Assembly: GCA_963664435.2 (NCBI GenBank)
Contig: CAXXKM010000001.1
Coordinates: forward strand, 1,056,001 to 1,120,000
Source of the DNA: Longimicrobiales bacterium
GTDB lineage: Bacteria; Gemmatimonadota; Gemmatimonadetes; Longimicrobiales; Gaopeijiaceae
DNA: 64,000 nt
Direction of reading: 5' to 3'
Numbering within the stretch: the first letter of the stretch is position 1; every line of letters begins with the position of its first letter. The position numbers were made by a program, and so were the translations under genes. The notes beneath the pieces are model-generated. The model saw nothing but the letters and a program-made list of their open reading frames with translations, was not told the DNA's origin and did no database searches. Positions 10,117 to 19,983 of this stretch are shown here, piece after piece.

Positions 10117-11000
10117 GGAGCCATGGCAAAGGCTGCACGCGGAGCCACCTCGGAGGCGGCGGTCCCTGCAGTCCCCTTGAGAGCCGTTATTCGCTCACTT
10201 AGTTCGTCGAGAAACTCAGATAGCGTCAGTCCGAACGCACACGCGAACCTGGTCGCAGCCTCGACCGTGAGACGCACTTCCTCCTTTTCCAATCGCCGGA
10301 CGTGCCTTTCCGACAACCCCGGGATCTGTGTCTGCCTTAGCTGCCGATCGTTTCTCATATCCAGCAGGGCCAGCGAAATCTTCTCCAGCTCGTACCGCCG
10401 GATTTCCACGTCAGCCAAGTACATGGGATCCACGGCCTGCAGCATCTGAGACGGACCCATATGCACATCAGCGTCGGGCCAAAACAAATAGGAACCAGCT
10501 GAATCGATAACGAAGTTGCTCAGCACTGCTGGCTCAAACCGGCCTATCCGGGGCAGCCTTTGGATCGGGAACTCTCGTACGCTCATGTCCCCAAGGACCA
10601 CCACGAGAGAGTCCTCAAGGACATATGCGTCGAGAATTCCCTCCCACGGTGCCGGTCGCTTGAGCGCGATGACCAGACGCTTCACAACCAAGGGGTCCCG
10701 GCACACTTGCAGTCGCTGATCTGGCTTATGAAGTCGAAGTGTCGACGCGAGGCGAAATACTGCCTGCTCCGGCAGGTCCAGGACAACCAAATAGCGTGTC
10801 TCCGTTCCCACCCAGTTCGGAAGCGTGATCCGGCGCGGACCGATCAACTCACTTGCCAGAGCCACGACGAGGCTCGGCTCCGGTCCAGTGGGGGTGGTAA
10901 CCGAAAGCTCTCTCGCCAGAGAGCGGAACTCGGCGTCCGGAAGACAATCTGCTACCGTCCCACAAAAGGCAACCTGGCTGAAAGGTCTTGCGTCACTCAT
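10113..11000 (-). CDS. DUF2442-like domain plus C-terminal HTH protein (putative antitoxin) with extra N-terminal domain
   Basis: FVIDSAGSYLFWPDADVHMG resembles DUF2442; GLSERHVRRLEK HTH-like; ATGA overlap with DUF4160 stop; lower GC. Confidence 0.6.
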   Translation of the reverse strand: MSDARPFSQVAFCGTVADCLPDAEFRSLARELSVTTPTGPEPSLVVALASELIGPRRITLPNWVGTETRYLVVLDLPEQAVFRLASTLRLHKPDQRLQVCRDPLVVKRLVIALKRPAPWEGILDAYVLEDSLVVVLGDMSVREFPIQRLPRIGRFEPAVLSNFVIDSAGSYLFWPDADVHMGPSQMLQAVDPMYLADVEIRRYELEKISLALLDMRNDRQLRQTQIPGLSERHVRRLEKEEVRLTVEAATRFACAFGLTLSEFLDELSERITALKGTAGTAASEVAPRAAFAMAP

Positions 11001-11254
11001 CCGCTCTGACTCCGCTCCCATTCCGCGAACAACTCCGAGCGGTGCGCGGCAGCTAGCCGTAAGATTGCCATCACCGTCTTCGCCGAAATGTGTCTCAACC
11101 TGAACCTCACGTCATACTCTGGGGGCTCTTGCAGGAAATACACACGTATCTCCCACGCGTCCGCGACTCGTGCGTGGAAGTGCGGCGGCAGGTGGTCGCC
11201 GGTGTAGAACCACAAGCGACATCCGGGTAGCTGAAACGCCTGAAGCAGTCCCAA
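10997..11254 (-). CDS. DUF4160-family small protein (putative toxin)
   Basis: WFYTGDHLPPHFHAR...HRSELFAEWE motif. Confidence 0.8.
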   Translation of the reverse strand: MGLLQAFQLPGCRLWFYTGDHLPPHFHARVADAWEIRVYFLQEPPEYDVRFRLRHISAKTVMAILRLAAAHRSELFAEWERSQSG

Positions 11255-11282
11255 GAACTACTTCCGGGTGAGAGCGAGAGCC

Positions 11283-11510
11283 TCAGCCCTTGGGTGGGTA
11301 GGGATCTCGGCCATATGTGTTTTTCTCCCGAATCCTCCCATCACGTCCATGGATCAACAGCTCAGACTGCTGATTCCTTGCGATCTTACGCCCTCTCTCG
11401 ATCGCTTCCTGCTGCGTGTCAAACACCTTGGTTGCTTTCGGGCTTCCTGCCCCCTTGACCGCCCATCCATCCTTCGTTGGAACAACGTGCTGGTTACGCT
11501 TCCTCGTCAT
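11283..11510 (-). CDS. DUF2188-family protein
   Basis: HVVPTKDGWAVKGAG...TQQEAIERGRKIA...ELLIHGRDGRIRE..TYGRDP. Confidence 0.9.
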   Translation of the reverse strand: MTRKRNQHVVPTKDGWAVKGAGSPKATKVFDTQQEAIERGRKIARNQQSELLIHGRDGRIREKNTYGRDPYPPKG

Positions 11511-11634
11511 GAAGTGTACCTCCCTCTACCTGCCGTGAACCGGACACGATTACATCGTAACTTACCATATATGTCCGGTCAAGGCGTTTCTACATGTCCT
11601 CCTGGGGGCGCCCAGGCCGCGCCGGGTCGTGCCA

Positions 11635-12831
11635 TCACGCGGCGTTCCACCAGCGGGACGGTTTCAGTCGCTCGCCGCGTCCACTGACCCGGTCGAGCCA
11701 GAGCGCGAGTCGTCTGAGCCGCGTGCCCGCCAGCCATCGCCACACTCGACTCCAGGGGTGGCGATAGTCGCGGTTGTATGGGCAGACGCGCACGCAGATC
11801 GAGCAGTCGGTGTTCTGGTTGGCCCAGAAGCGGAAGCACTTCTCGGCATCCGTGGTCCATTTGCGGATGCCCTGGATGTTCGACCGATTGTGGACCACGG
11901 TGGAAGGTTCGCCGTCGTCGATGGCCTTGGCGGGGCAGCCGTTCGTGCATGCGCGGCAGATGTCGCACGTCTCCTGCACGCCGAATCGGACCGGCCGGTC
12001 GTGGGCGAGCGGCATGTCGGTGAAGACCTTGCCGAGCCGGACCCGGGGACCGTACTCGCGGGTGATGAGGAGCCCGTGGCGTCCGTACTCGCCCAGCCCG
12101 GCCTTGATGGCGAGCGGGATGGCCAGTGCCGAGTCGTTCATGCTGGCCACGGCCTGGTAGCCGAGATTGGTGATGTACTGCGCGATCGCCAGCAGCACGA
12201 TGGTGTCCCGGGAGTAGGTGGCTCCCGTCGCGGCGCCGCTCAGCGCGGAGGGCGCCGTGCGCAGCAGTTCCCGGTCCATGGATTGCGCGATCACGATCAC
12301 GTTTCCGAGATCGGTGGAGATCTCCTGCGGCTTCTCGTGCTCGTTCTCGCGGCTGTAGGCATGCGTGTAGAGCCACCGCTCGTCGTTGCCGGTGATCCCC
12401 ACCAGGTCGGCGCCCAGGGTCTTCGCGGCGTGCTTGATCTCGCGCGCCGCCTCCTCGGGAGAGGCGACCGGCAGCGCGCTGCCCGGGCCGTCCCGAACGA
12501 CGGTGTACGGATCCAGGAAGCCCTCGCGGCGGTCGTCGCCGTCACGCAGCTCGGCGAAGATGTCCGTGACATGCCAGGACGCGTTGCGCAGCGCGTAGTC
12601 ACGCTGGGTGAAGCCGTCGACGGAGCGCCAGGTCAGCTTCGGCGTGCGGTAGGTCTCGTAGAACATGTCCGAGCGGTCCGTCCGCACCTCCGCATCCCAG
12701 AACGAGCGGCAGAAGATGTCGTCCCTCTGCGAGAAGCGCCGAAAGTCCTCTCCGATGTCGAAGCCGGCTTCTTCGTCCGTGACGCCGGATCCGCCGTCTT
12801 CCGCGCAACCCGGGTCGGTTGAGTCGTCCAT
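11635..12831 (-). CDS. Reductive dehalogenase (RdhA)-like cobalamin/2x[4Fe-4S] protein, no Tat signal
   Basis: GADLVGIT, IPLAIKAGLGEYGRHGLLIT.EYGPRVRL.KVFTDMPL, CDICRACTNGCP and C-x10-CSICVRVCP. Confidence 0.8.
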   Translation of the reverse strand: MDDSTDPGCAEDGGSGVTDEEAGFDIGEDFRRFSQRDDIFCRSFWDAEVRTDRSDMFYETYRTPKLTWRSVDGFTQRDYALRNASWHVTDIFAELRDGDDRREGFLDPYTVVRDGPGSALPVASPEEAAREIKHAAKTLGADLVGITGNDERWLYTHAYSRENEHEKPQEISTDLGNVIVIAQSMDRELLRTAPSALSGAATGATYSRDTIVLLAIAQYITNLGYQAVASMNDSALAIPLAIKAGLGEYGRHGLLITREYGPRVRLGKVFTDMPLAHDRPVRFGVQETCDICRACTNGCPAKAIDDGEPSTVVHNRSNIQGIRKWTTDAEKCFRFWANQNTDCSICVRVCPYNRDYRHPWSRVWRWLAGTRLRRLALWLDRVSGRGERLKPSRWWNAA

Positions 12832-12835
12832 CCGG

Positions 12836-14836
12836 TCAGCTCATCCCGTCGGCGCCGGTGGTCCGGGTCCGGGCGCGGCTTCGAACGGCCAGCTGCTCGC
12901 GGGCCGCTCGATGCGCCTCGTCGATGGCCGCGTCCGTGTGCGGGGTGGCGGCGGCATCGGAGTTCGCGATCGAGATCCGTCCGAATCGGCGCCTGCCGAT
13001 CACGCACGGCCGATCGTCGGGGGCGAAGAGCGCCCATTCGATGGGATCGTTCAGGGTGTCGTAGCTGTAGGCGTAGCCGTGCGGCCAGCGATTCACGGTG
13101 ATCGCCTCGATGTCGCGCGCCGGGTCGAAGCCCCCGTCTGCGAGCATGCGGCCGAGCTGATCCCTGATCTTGCGCTCGAAGGTCTCGAAGGTCGTCTCCA
13201 GGAGATCCGCCCTTCCGATGCGGTGCTGCTCCTTCTTCGGCAGACCGGGAGCGCAGGGGGTCCGCGTCATGTGCAGGACCATCGGCCCGTCGGGCGATCG
13301 GGAGGGGCGGTAGTCGCCCAGCTGCACCGACCGGCCCAGGTTGACGCCGGTGTGGTACATCCCCGGAGAACTCGCCCTTGAGATGCCCAGGTTCGTGAAG
13401 GCGGTCCACCGGCGGACGAGCACGCTCGTGTAGACAAGCGGCATCTTGACGCCGTACATGAGCGCCGCCCGCTGCGCTTCGGGCATCTCCGGCACGAGGT
13501 GCGGGATGACCCGGTTGTAGCACGCCATCACGCAGTGATCCGCCCGGACCTTCTCGGCCCTGCCCCCCCGCACGTAGGTGACCTCGACCTGGCGGGCCGC
13601 GTCGGGATCGCCCAGGTGGCGGGCGGATACGACCGTGCTGTTGAGTCGGATGCGGGCGTCGGAGCCCTCCCGGTCGAGCCGCTCGTACGCGAGCCGTGAC
13701 GTGATCGAGTCCTCGAGCGTGGACCCCGGAAGCGCGTCGGGGATCATGGCCCGGACCAGCAGCCGGGCCAGCGTCGCGTTCCCGTCCGGAAGATCGATGG
13801 TGGGTCCTCCTCCCCATTCGCGCTCGCGGCCGTGTTGTCCTCCCCCGATATGCGTGAGGGGCCCCACCGGCGAGAACGGCTCGAGATTCATCCCCTGGAA
13901 TCCGGGATAGCCCTCGGCCCACGCGTAAAGAGCGGGATAGGCGTCGATGCCCACGCAGAAGAGCCCCTTGGGGCCGTCGTCGTAGAAGGGAATGACGTCG
14001 GGGTGCACCTTCGCGAGGTCGAGGAGGAAATCGCGGTAGCTCATCCTGGCCAGCCGATCCTTCTTCTCCCAGTCCGGGAGTCCCGGCATGTGGTCGGGAT
14101 TCGCGCTCTCGTCGTTGAGCCGCGCGATATCCCTGCGGGCGTCCGCGGAGAGCGGGGTCCGGGCGAGCCAGTCGGCCCAGTCGATGTCCGCGTTGCGTCC
14201 GGGCCGCCCCTGCACCAGCCGATCCTCGCCGAACACCTCCCTCGCGAAGAAGGTGGCGCTGCCGAGCCCCAGGGAACGGTAGAACTCCCGGCTTCCCGCG
14301 CTTGCCGCCTGCGCCCTGTCCAGGTCCAGGCCGACCGCGGCGAGCAGCGTCCGCGAGACCGTGCTGTAGTGGTTCACGGACTCCAGGTTCGACGTCCCGC
14401 CGTTGAGGAGGAGCGTGCGGCCCCCGTAGGTGAACTCGTTCCGCTTGGCGTGACCCCCGAAGTCGTCGTGGTTGTCGAGAACCAGCACGCGCGCGCCCGG
14501 CCCCGCCGACGTCAGGAAGAAGTACGCCGCTGAGAGTCCGCTCAGCCCCGCGCCGACCACCACGAGGTCGTAGCTCTCGCGCGTGTCGGCGGCGGTCCAG
14601 GTGATCCCGTCCCGGAGCTGGTGGGCCACCTCGAAAGAGCCCGGATGGCTCCCGCGCATCCCCGTCAGAGCAGGCGGATAGTATTCCTGTGGGCCGCGGA
14701 AGTGCCGACCATCGAGGGCCGACAGCCATCCCGGCGCAAGGAGAGAGCCCGTCACGGCAACCCCCACGCCGTTGATGAAGTCGCGTCGGGCGATGTCCCG
14801 GTGCATGCCGAGATCGCGATCCTCACTGGTGGACAT
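12836..14836 (-). CDS. Tat-exported FAD oxidoreductase, spermidine dehydrogenase (SpdH)-like
   Basis: IARRDFINGV Tat motif, YYPPALTGMRGSHPGSFEVAH, VVVGAGLSG, DNHDDFGGHAKRNEF, ITVNRWPHGYAY. Confidence 0.82.
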   Translation of the reverse strand: MSTSEDRDLGMHRDIARRDFINGVGVAVTGSLLAPGWLSALDGRHFRGPQEYYPPALTGMRGSHPGSFEVAHQLRDGITWTAADTRESYDLVVVGAGLSGLSAAYFFLTSAGPGARVLVLDNHDDFGGHAKRNEFTYGGRTLLLNGGTSNLESVNHYSTVSRTLLAAVGLDLDRAQAASAGSREFYRSLGLGSATFFAREVFGEDRLVQGRPGRNADIDWADWLARTPLSADARRDIARLNDESANPDHMPGLPDWEKKDRLARMSYRDFLLDLAKVHPDVIPFYDDGPKGLFCVGIDAYPALYAWAEGYPGFQGMNLEPFSPVGPLTHIGGGQHGREREWGGGPTIDLPDGNATLARLLVRAMIPDALPGSTLEDSITSRLAYERLDREGSDARIRLNSTVVSARHLGDPDAARQVEVTYVRGGRAEKVRADHCVMACYNRVIPHLVPEMPEAQRAALMYGVKMPLVYTSVLVRRWTAFTNLGISRASSPGMYHTGVNLGRSVQLGDYRPSRSPDGPMVLHMTRTPCAPGLPKKEQHRIGRADLLETTFETFERKIRDQLGRMLADGGFDPARDIEAITVNRWPHGYAYSYDTLNDPIEWALFAPDDRPCVIGRRRFGRISIANSDAAATPHTDAAIDEAHRAAREQLAVRSRARTRTTGADGMS

Positions 14837-15012
14837 GGCCTCTCCGATTCCTCGAGTCGCGCGGCATGGCGTGGATCGCGAACGCTCCGTACTCCGTCCG
14901 GTTCGCGAGATGGCGGGCCTCACATGTAGGTTTCCTGCAAACTCCCCCGGCCCAATACCCCGTGTCAAGCAAGCGATGGGCTGGTGGAAAACCGGAACCC
15001 GGGAGAGCGCTC

Positions 15013-17001
15013 ATGCCAGGTCGTCTGCGGTGGATCGGAGCGGGCTCGCTCGCATGCATGGTGTGGCTCGGGGCCTGCGAGCCCCGTTTCGGCGGCGGGG
15101 GCGCCGACTCCGGCGGCGGGGACGGTGACTCCGGCGACCGGGAGGCCGGCTCCGGCGACTGGGCCTACTTCGGAAGCGACAAGGCGTTCACGAGGTACTC
15201 GCCTCTCGATCAGATCACGCACGACAATGTCGGAGACCTGGAGATCCTGTGGCGACGCCCCGCCGTCGATTCGGCCCTGACGTCCTCTTTCCCGGGCCTG
15301 GGGGTCTCGGGCTATCTCAGGGCGACGCCGATCCTCATCGACGGCGTGCTCTACGCGCCCAACGGTGTCGGTCTGGCCGAGGCCTTCGATCCGGCAACCG
15401 GAGAGACCCTCTGGATCCAGCAGCCGTTTCCGCAGACGATCGAGGAGGCCCGCGGCCGGTCGTCACGGGGGATGGACTACTGGACCGACGGCTCCGACCG
15501 TCGCCTGATACACGTGCGCGGCGGATACCTCTACGCCCTGAACCCCGAAACCGGCCACGCCCGTCCCGATTTCGGCGACGGCGGGAGGGTCGCCCTGGTC
15601 CCGCCCTCGGCCCAACGGTTCAGCTGGAGTTCCGGTCCCATCGTCGTGAACGACGTCATCGTGGTCGCGGGCACGCTGGACGGAGCGGGCGACTCGGGAA
15701 TGCGCTGGAAGGGAAGCGCGCCCGAGAACCTGCGCGGATACGACGTGCGCACCGGCGAGCTGCTCTGGACCTTCAACGTCGTGCCGCGGGAGGGCGAGTT
15801 CGGCGTCGACACCTGGGGCAACGAGTCGTGGCGGGAGTCGGGCGACCTCGGCGCATGGTGTTGCCTCAGCGCGGACGAGGAGCTCGGCTTCGTGTTCGTG
15901 CCCTTCTCGGCGCCGACCGCCGCCTATTACGGGGGCCATCGTCCGGGTGACAACCTGTTCTCCAACAGCCTGGTGGCGATCGACGCCGCGACCGGGGAGC
16001 GGGCATGGCACTTCCAGATGGTGCACCACGACCTGTGGGAGTACGACACCGTGGGTCCGCCGACGCTGGGCGAGATCGTGGTGGACGGCCGCCGCATCGA
16101 CGCCGTCATGCAGCCGAGCAAGACGGGCTTCCTGTACGTCTTCGACCGCGTGACCGGCGAGCCGGTATGGCCGATCGAGGAGCGTCCCGTGCCCCAGTCC
16201 ACGGTTCCGGGAGAACGCACCGCCGCTACGCAGCCGTTTCCAACCAAACCGGCGCCGTTCGCCAGGCACGGCATCACCCCTGACGACCTCATCGACTTCC
16301 CGGGGCTCGGCGACCGCGCGCGCGCGGTCGCAGATTCGTTCGTCATCGGCCCGATCTTCACCCCGCCCTCGCTTGTAAGCGACGAGCCGGGCGCCAAGAA
16401 GGGAACGCTGATGGTGCCCGGGTCGTGGGGGGCCGGGAACTGGAACACGGGTGCGTTCGATCCCGAAACCGGCATGTACTACGCGTTCGCCCACACGATC
16501 CCGCGCGTGTACCGGCTCGTGAAGGCCACCGACCCGACGTCGGAGATGGAGTACTGGAGCCCGAATCGGGACGCGCCCTACATCGACGGGCTGCCGATCA
16601 CCAGGCCGCCATGGGGCCGGATCACGGCGATCGACATGAACCGGGGCGAGCACGTCTGGGCGAAGGCGAACGGGGATGGCCCGAGGGATCACCCGGCCCT
16701 TCAGGGTGTGGAGGTCCCGCCCCTCGGCGTGGCCAGCCGGCCCGTGGCGCTCGTCACGAAGACGCTCCTGCTGATGGGCGAAGGAGGCCAGGGAGTATTC
16801 GGGGGCGTTCAGGCGAACATGTGGGGCAGGAGCTTCCGCGCCTACGACAAGGCCACCGGAGAGGTGATCTGGGAAACCGAGCTGGACGCCGGCACGACGG
16901 GAGGCCCCATGTCGTACATGCACGACGGGAAGCAGTTCATCGTCGTGGCCATCGGCGGCAGGCAACATCCACCCGAATTCGTCGCGCTCGGGCTACCGTA
17001 G
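15013..17001 (+). CDS. PQQ-binding quinoprotein dehydrogenase-like lipoprotein
   Basis: Lipobox WLGAC; TRYSPLDQI, YGGHRPGDNLFSNS, WHFQMVHHDLWEYD, GKQFIVVA. Confidence 0.85.
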   Translation: MPGRLRWIGAGSLACMVWLGACEPRFGGGGADSGGGDGDSGDREAGSGDWAYFGSDKAFTRYSPLDQITHDNVGDLEILWRRPAVDSALTSSFPGLGVSGYLRATPILIDGVLYAPNGVGLAEAFDPATGETLWIQQPFPQTIEEARGRSSRGMDYWTDGSDRRLIHVRGGYLYALNPETGHARPDFGDGGRVALVPPSAQRFSWSSGPIVVNDVIVVAGTLDGAGDSGMRWKGSAPENLRGYDVRTGELLWTFNVVPREGEFGVDTWGNESWRESGDLGAWCCLSADEELGFVFVPFSAPTAAYYGGHRPGDNLFSNSLVAIDAATGERAWHFQMVHHDLWEYDTVGPPTLGEIVVDGRRIDAVMQPSKTGFLYVFDRVTGEPVWPIEERPVPQSTVPGERTAATQPFPTKPAPFARHGITPDDLIDFPGLGDRARAVADSFVIGPIFTPPSLVSDEPGAKKGTLMVPGSWGAGNWNTGAFDPETGMYYAFAHTIPRVYRLVKATDPTSEMEYWSPNRDAPYIDGLPITRPPWGRITAIDMNRGEHVWAKANGDGPRDHPALQGVEVPPLGVASRPVALVTKTLLLMGEGGQGVFGGVQANMWGRSFRAYDKATGEVIWETELDAGTTGGPMSYMHDGKQFIVVAIGGRQHPPEFVALGLP

Positions 17002-17041
17002 GGTCGTGCCATGGCGCGGCGGCTATTCGAGGCGGCGCCTC

Positions 17042-18580
17042 CTACCAGAACACCACGTACAGCCCCACGGTCAGGATCACCACGACCGCGCCCGCCCACC
17101 TCGCCGAGGGCGCGGGTTCGAGGTCGACGGCATCGGACTGCGGCAGGGGCCGGGCCTCCTCCAGCGGCCGGACGCGCGACCCGACGACCATCGCCAGGCT
17201 CGAGAGCACGAACGCTCCCGCTGCGGCGTTCAGGTACGCCTGCGAGTTGAAGAACACATCGAGCGCGAGCGTCAGCAGCCCGTAGGCCACCGGGCCGATC
17301 AGGAGCGCCACGGTCGCCGCCCGCGGCGGGGCCTTGGGCAGGACCATCCCCATGAGGAAGACCGCGAGGATACCCGGCCAGATGAAGTTCCAGACGCGCT
17401 GCATGTACTCGTAGATCCCGCCGACCGAAGCGAGCTGCGGGGCCAGCAGGCAGCCGATCACGACGAAGACGCCGGTCGCGATCCTGCCGATGCGCACCGC
17501 CCTGCGCGGCTCGAGCTCCTTCTTCACGACGTGGCGCGAGTAGATGTCCAGCGTGAAGATCGTGGACGCCGAGTTCAGCATGGAGTCGAGCGAGCTCATC
17601 ACCGCCCCGAAGAGTGCCGCGAACATGACGCCGCGAAGCCCCGTGGGCAGCAGGTCGGCCATGAGCGTCGGATACGCCTGATCTCCGATCGCGATGTCGC
17701 CCGCGTAGAGTTGATACGCCGCGATCCCCGGCATCACGATCAGAAACGGGATCAGCAGCTTGAGGAACGCCGCGAAGATCACGCCCTTCTGGCCCTCGGC
17801 CAGGCTCCTCGCGGCCAGCGCCCGCTGGGAAATGAACTGGTTCAGCCCCCAGTACGCGATGTTCGGGACCCAGATGCCCATGATGTAGATCGTCCACGGC
17901 AGCGTCGGATGATCGGCCGGCAGCATCAGGTGGAGCCTGTCCTCGTTCGCGGAGAGGAACGCGCCGAATCCGCCCACGGCCTCCATGGCCAGGAAGAACA
18001 GCACCGCACCACCCCCGAGCAGCGCAACGCCCTGCAGCATGTCGGACCAGACGACCGCCTTCAGCCCGCCGTAGATCGTGTAGCCGCCCGCGAGCAGGCC
18101 GATGGCCCAGACCCCGGCCGCCAGGTCGAGCCCGAAGATGCTCGTCAGGGCCAGGCTTCCCGCGTAGAGGATTCCGGCCAGCCCCACGACGACGTAGACG
18201 ATCATCAGGTACGCGGCCATGATGACGCGCGGCGTCGGCCCGAATCGGAACTCGAGGTATTCGGGCAGCGTGTAGATGCCTGCCTGGAGAAACCTGGGCA
18301 GGAGCACGAGGGCGACGAAGACGAGCGCGATGGCCGCAATCCACTCGAAGGCGGCGATGGCCAGCCCGGTCTGAAACCCCTCGCCGGACATGCCGATGAA
18401 GTGCTCGGACGAGATGTTGGAGGCGATCAGCGAGATGCCGATGAGCCACCAGGGCAGGTTGCGGCCGGCCAGGAAGTAGTCGGCGGTCGTGTCCTCCCTG
18501 CGGCCCGCGTAGAGCGACACGCACACCACGATGCCGAGGAAGACGAGGAACGCGGCGAGATCGATCCGGTCCAGCGCCAT
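17042..18580 (-). CDS. Sodium:solute symporter (SSS, sugar type)
   Basis: YFLAGRNLPWW, SNISSEHFIGMSG, GGLKAVVWSD, NQFISQRALAA. Confidence 0.92.
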   Translation of the reverse strand: MALDRIDLAAFLVFLGIVVCVSLYAGRREDTTADYFLAGRNLPWWLIGISLIASNISSEHFIGMSGEGFQTGLAIAAFEWIAAIALVFVALVLLPRFLQAGIYTLPEYLEFRFGPTPRVIMAAYLMIVYVVVGLAGILYAGSLALTSIFGLDLAAGVWAIGLLAGGYTIYGGLKAVVWSDMLQGVALLGGGAVLFFLAMEAVGGFGAFLSANEDRLHLMLPADHPTLPWTIYIMGIWVPNIAYWGLNQFISQRALAARSLAEGQKGVIFAAFLKLLIPFLIVMPGIAAYQLYAGDIAIGDQAYPTLMADLLPTGLRGVMFAALFGAVMSSLDSMLNSASTIFTLDIYSRHVVKKELEPRRAVRIGRIATGVFVVIGCLLAPQLASVGGIYEYMQRVWNFIWPGILAVFLMGMVLPKAPPRAATVALLIGPVAYGLLTLALDVFFNSQAYLNAAAGAFVLSSLAMVVGSRVRPLEEARPLPQSDAVDLEPAPSARWAGAVVVILTVGLYVVFW

Positions 18581-18583
18581 CTT

Positions 18584-18934
18584 CTACCTGGGGTCCAGGA
18601 GCTGGTCGCAGTGCATCCAGAGGACTCGCGAGTAGCGGAACAACAGCGGAACCAGCAAGGGAACCATCGCCGCAATCGCCAGGATGCTCCGATTCGCCGA
18701 GAAGCCCGCGAATACCATCAGGAACACGCCGAGCGGCGCGCACAGGGCCAGCCCCAACGCGTAGCTGAAGTACATCGCCCCGGTGAAGTAGCCCGGCTCT
18801 CTCTCGTATTCCAGCCGGCAGGAGGGACAAAGAGGATGCATCTTCCAGAGGCTCGCGAAGACCGCGCCGTTCAGACAGCGCGGGCACCGGAGCCGGACCA
18901 CGGCGTGGAGGCGCCTCGGCAGCGTTTCTCTCAT
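18584..18934 (-). CDS. DUF983-like Zn-ribbon membrane protein
   Basis: RCPRC..G.VF...CPSC...EREPGYFTGAMY followed by two TM helices. Confidence 0.75.
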   Translation of the reverse strand: MRETLPRRLHAVVRLRCPRCLNGAVFASLWKMHPLCPSCRLEYEREPGYFTGAMYFSYALGLALCAPLGVFLMVFAGFSANRSILAIAAMVPLLVPLLFRYSRVLWMHCDQLLDPR

Positions 18935-18991
18935 GGACGGGGGACGGGGCGGCACGCGATCGTGCGGGACCTGGAGCAGGGCCAACGAGCC

Positions 18992-19786
18992 TCAGGACCG
19001 ACCTGAGGGCGGCGTGTACCTTCCGTCGATCGCCGTCCAGCCGCCGTCCGCGAACAGGACCGAGCCGGTCACGTAGCTGGCGGCGTCCGAAGCGAGGAAG
19101 ACCGTCGGGCCGGCCATCTCGCGGGCGCTGCCCCAGCGGTCGAGGATGTTGCGCGCGGCGTAGGCGCCGTACCAGTCCGGGTGGTCCTTGATGGGGCTCG
19201 TGAGCGGCGTGTCGATCACGCCCGGCGCGACCGCGTTGACCCGCACCCCGCGGGGCCCGAGTTCGGCCGCGGCGACGCGCACCATCTGCACGATCCCCGC
19301 CTTGGTGGCGGCGTACATGCTCTGGCCCGGCTCGACCACCACGGACCGGATCGAACTGAAGAGGATGATGGACCCCGAGCCCTGCGCGCTCATGATTCGT
19401 CCCGCCGACTGGATGACGTGCGCGCCGCCCTTGAGGTTGAGGCCCAGGACGCGGTCGATCTCCTCGTCCGTGTAGTCGAGGAGAGGCTTGCGCACGTTCA
19501 CTCCGGGGGTGCAGACCACGACGTCGAGCGATCCGCGGGCGGCCGTGATGTCCTCGAACGCGCCGGTGACCGCCGCGCCGTCCATGATGTCCAGGTGCGC
19601 GGAGGCGGCCTCGCCCCCGGCCGCGCGGATGGTCGCGGCGGTGTCGGCGGCCGCGGCCGCGTCGATGTCGAGGCAGGACACGTGCGCGCCTGCCTCCGCG
19701 CATCCGATCGCAACGGCCTCGCCGATGCCGGAGCCGCCTCCTACAACTGCGGCCGCACGTCCGGCCAGGCTGAACATCGTGGTCAT
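18992..19786 (-). CDS. Short-chain dehydrogenase/reductase
   Basis: GGGSGIG, YAATK, RVNAVAPG, DGGW. Confidence 0.92.
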   Translation of the reverse strand: MTTMFSLAGRAAAVVGGGSGIGEAVAIGCAEAGAHVSCLDIDAAAAADTAATIRAAGGEAASAHLDIMDGAAVTGAFEDITAARGSLDVVVCTPGVNVRKPLLDYTDEEIDRVLGLNLKGGAHVIQSAGRIMSAQGSGSIILFSSIRSVVVEPGQSMYAATKAGIVQMVRVAAAELGPRGVRVNAVAPGVIDTPLTSPIKDHPDWYGAYAARNILDRWGSAREMAGPTVFLASDAASYVTGSVLFADGGWTAIDGRYTPPSGRS

Positions 19787-19825
19787 GGGGAATCCTCGCA
19801 GGGTTTTGTGTGATGTCGGGGTGGG

Positions 19826-19858
19826 GCACAATGTTAGTCGGGGCGGCGCACAATGTTA
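19826..19858. promoter_or_regulatory. 11-bp direct repeat GCACAATGTTA x2 in divergent intergenic region
   Basis: Copies at 19826-19836 and 19848-19858 (22-bp period). Confidence 0.5.
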
Positions 19859-19983
19859 ACCGTCACGCCCGCCGGCAGCCCGGTCGCCCGAAGTCCCGGG
19901 CGGGCGGGACCCGGGGCTCACGGGCGCCCCATACGCCCCGCGCGCCACCTCCCCCCCTCCAGCCCTCGACCCCGGAGACCCGC

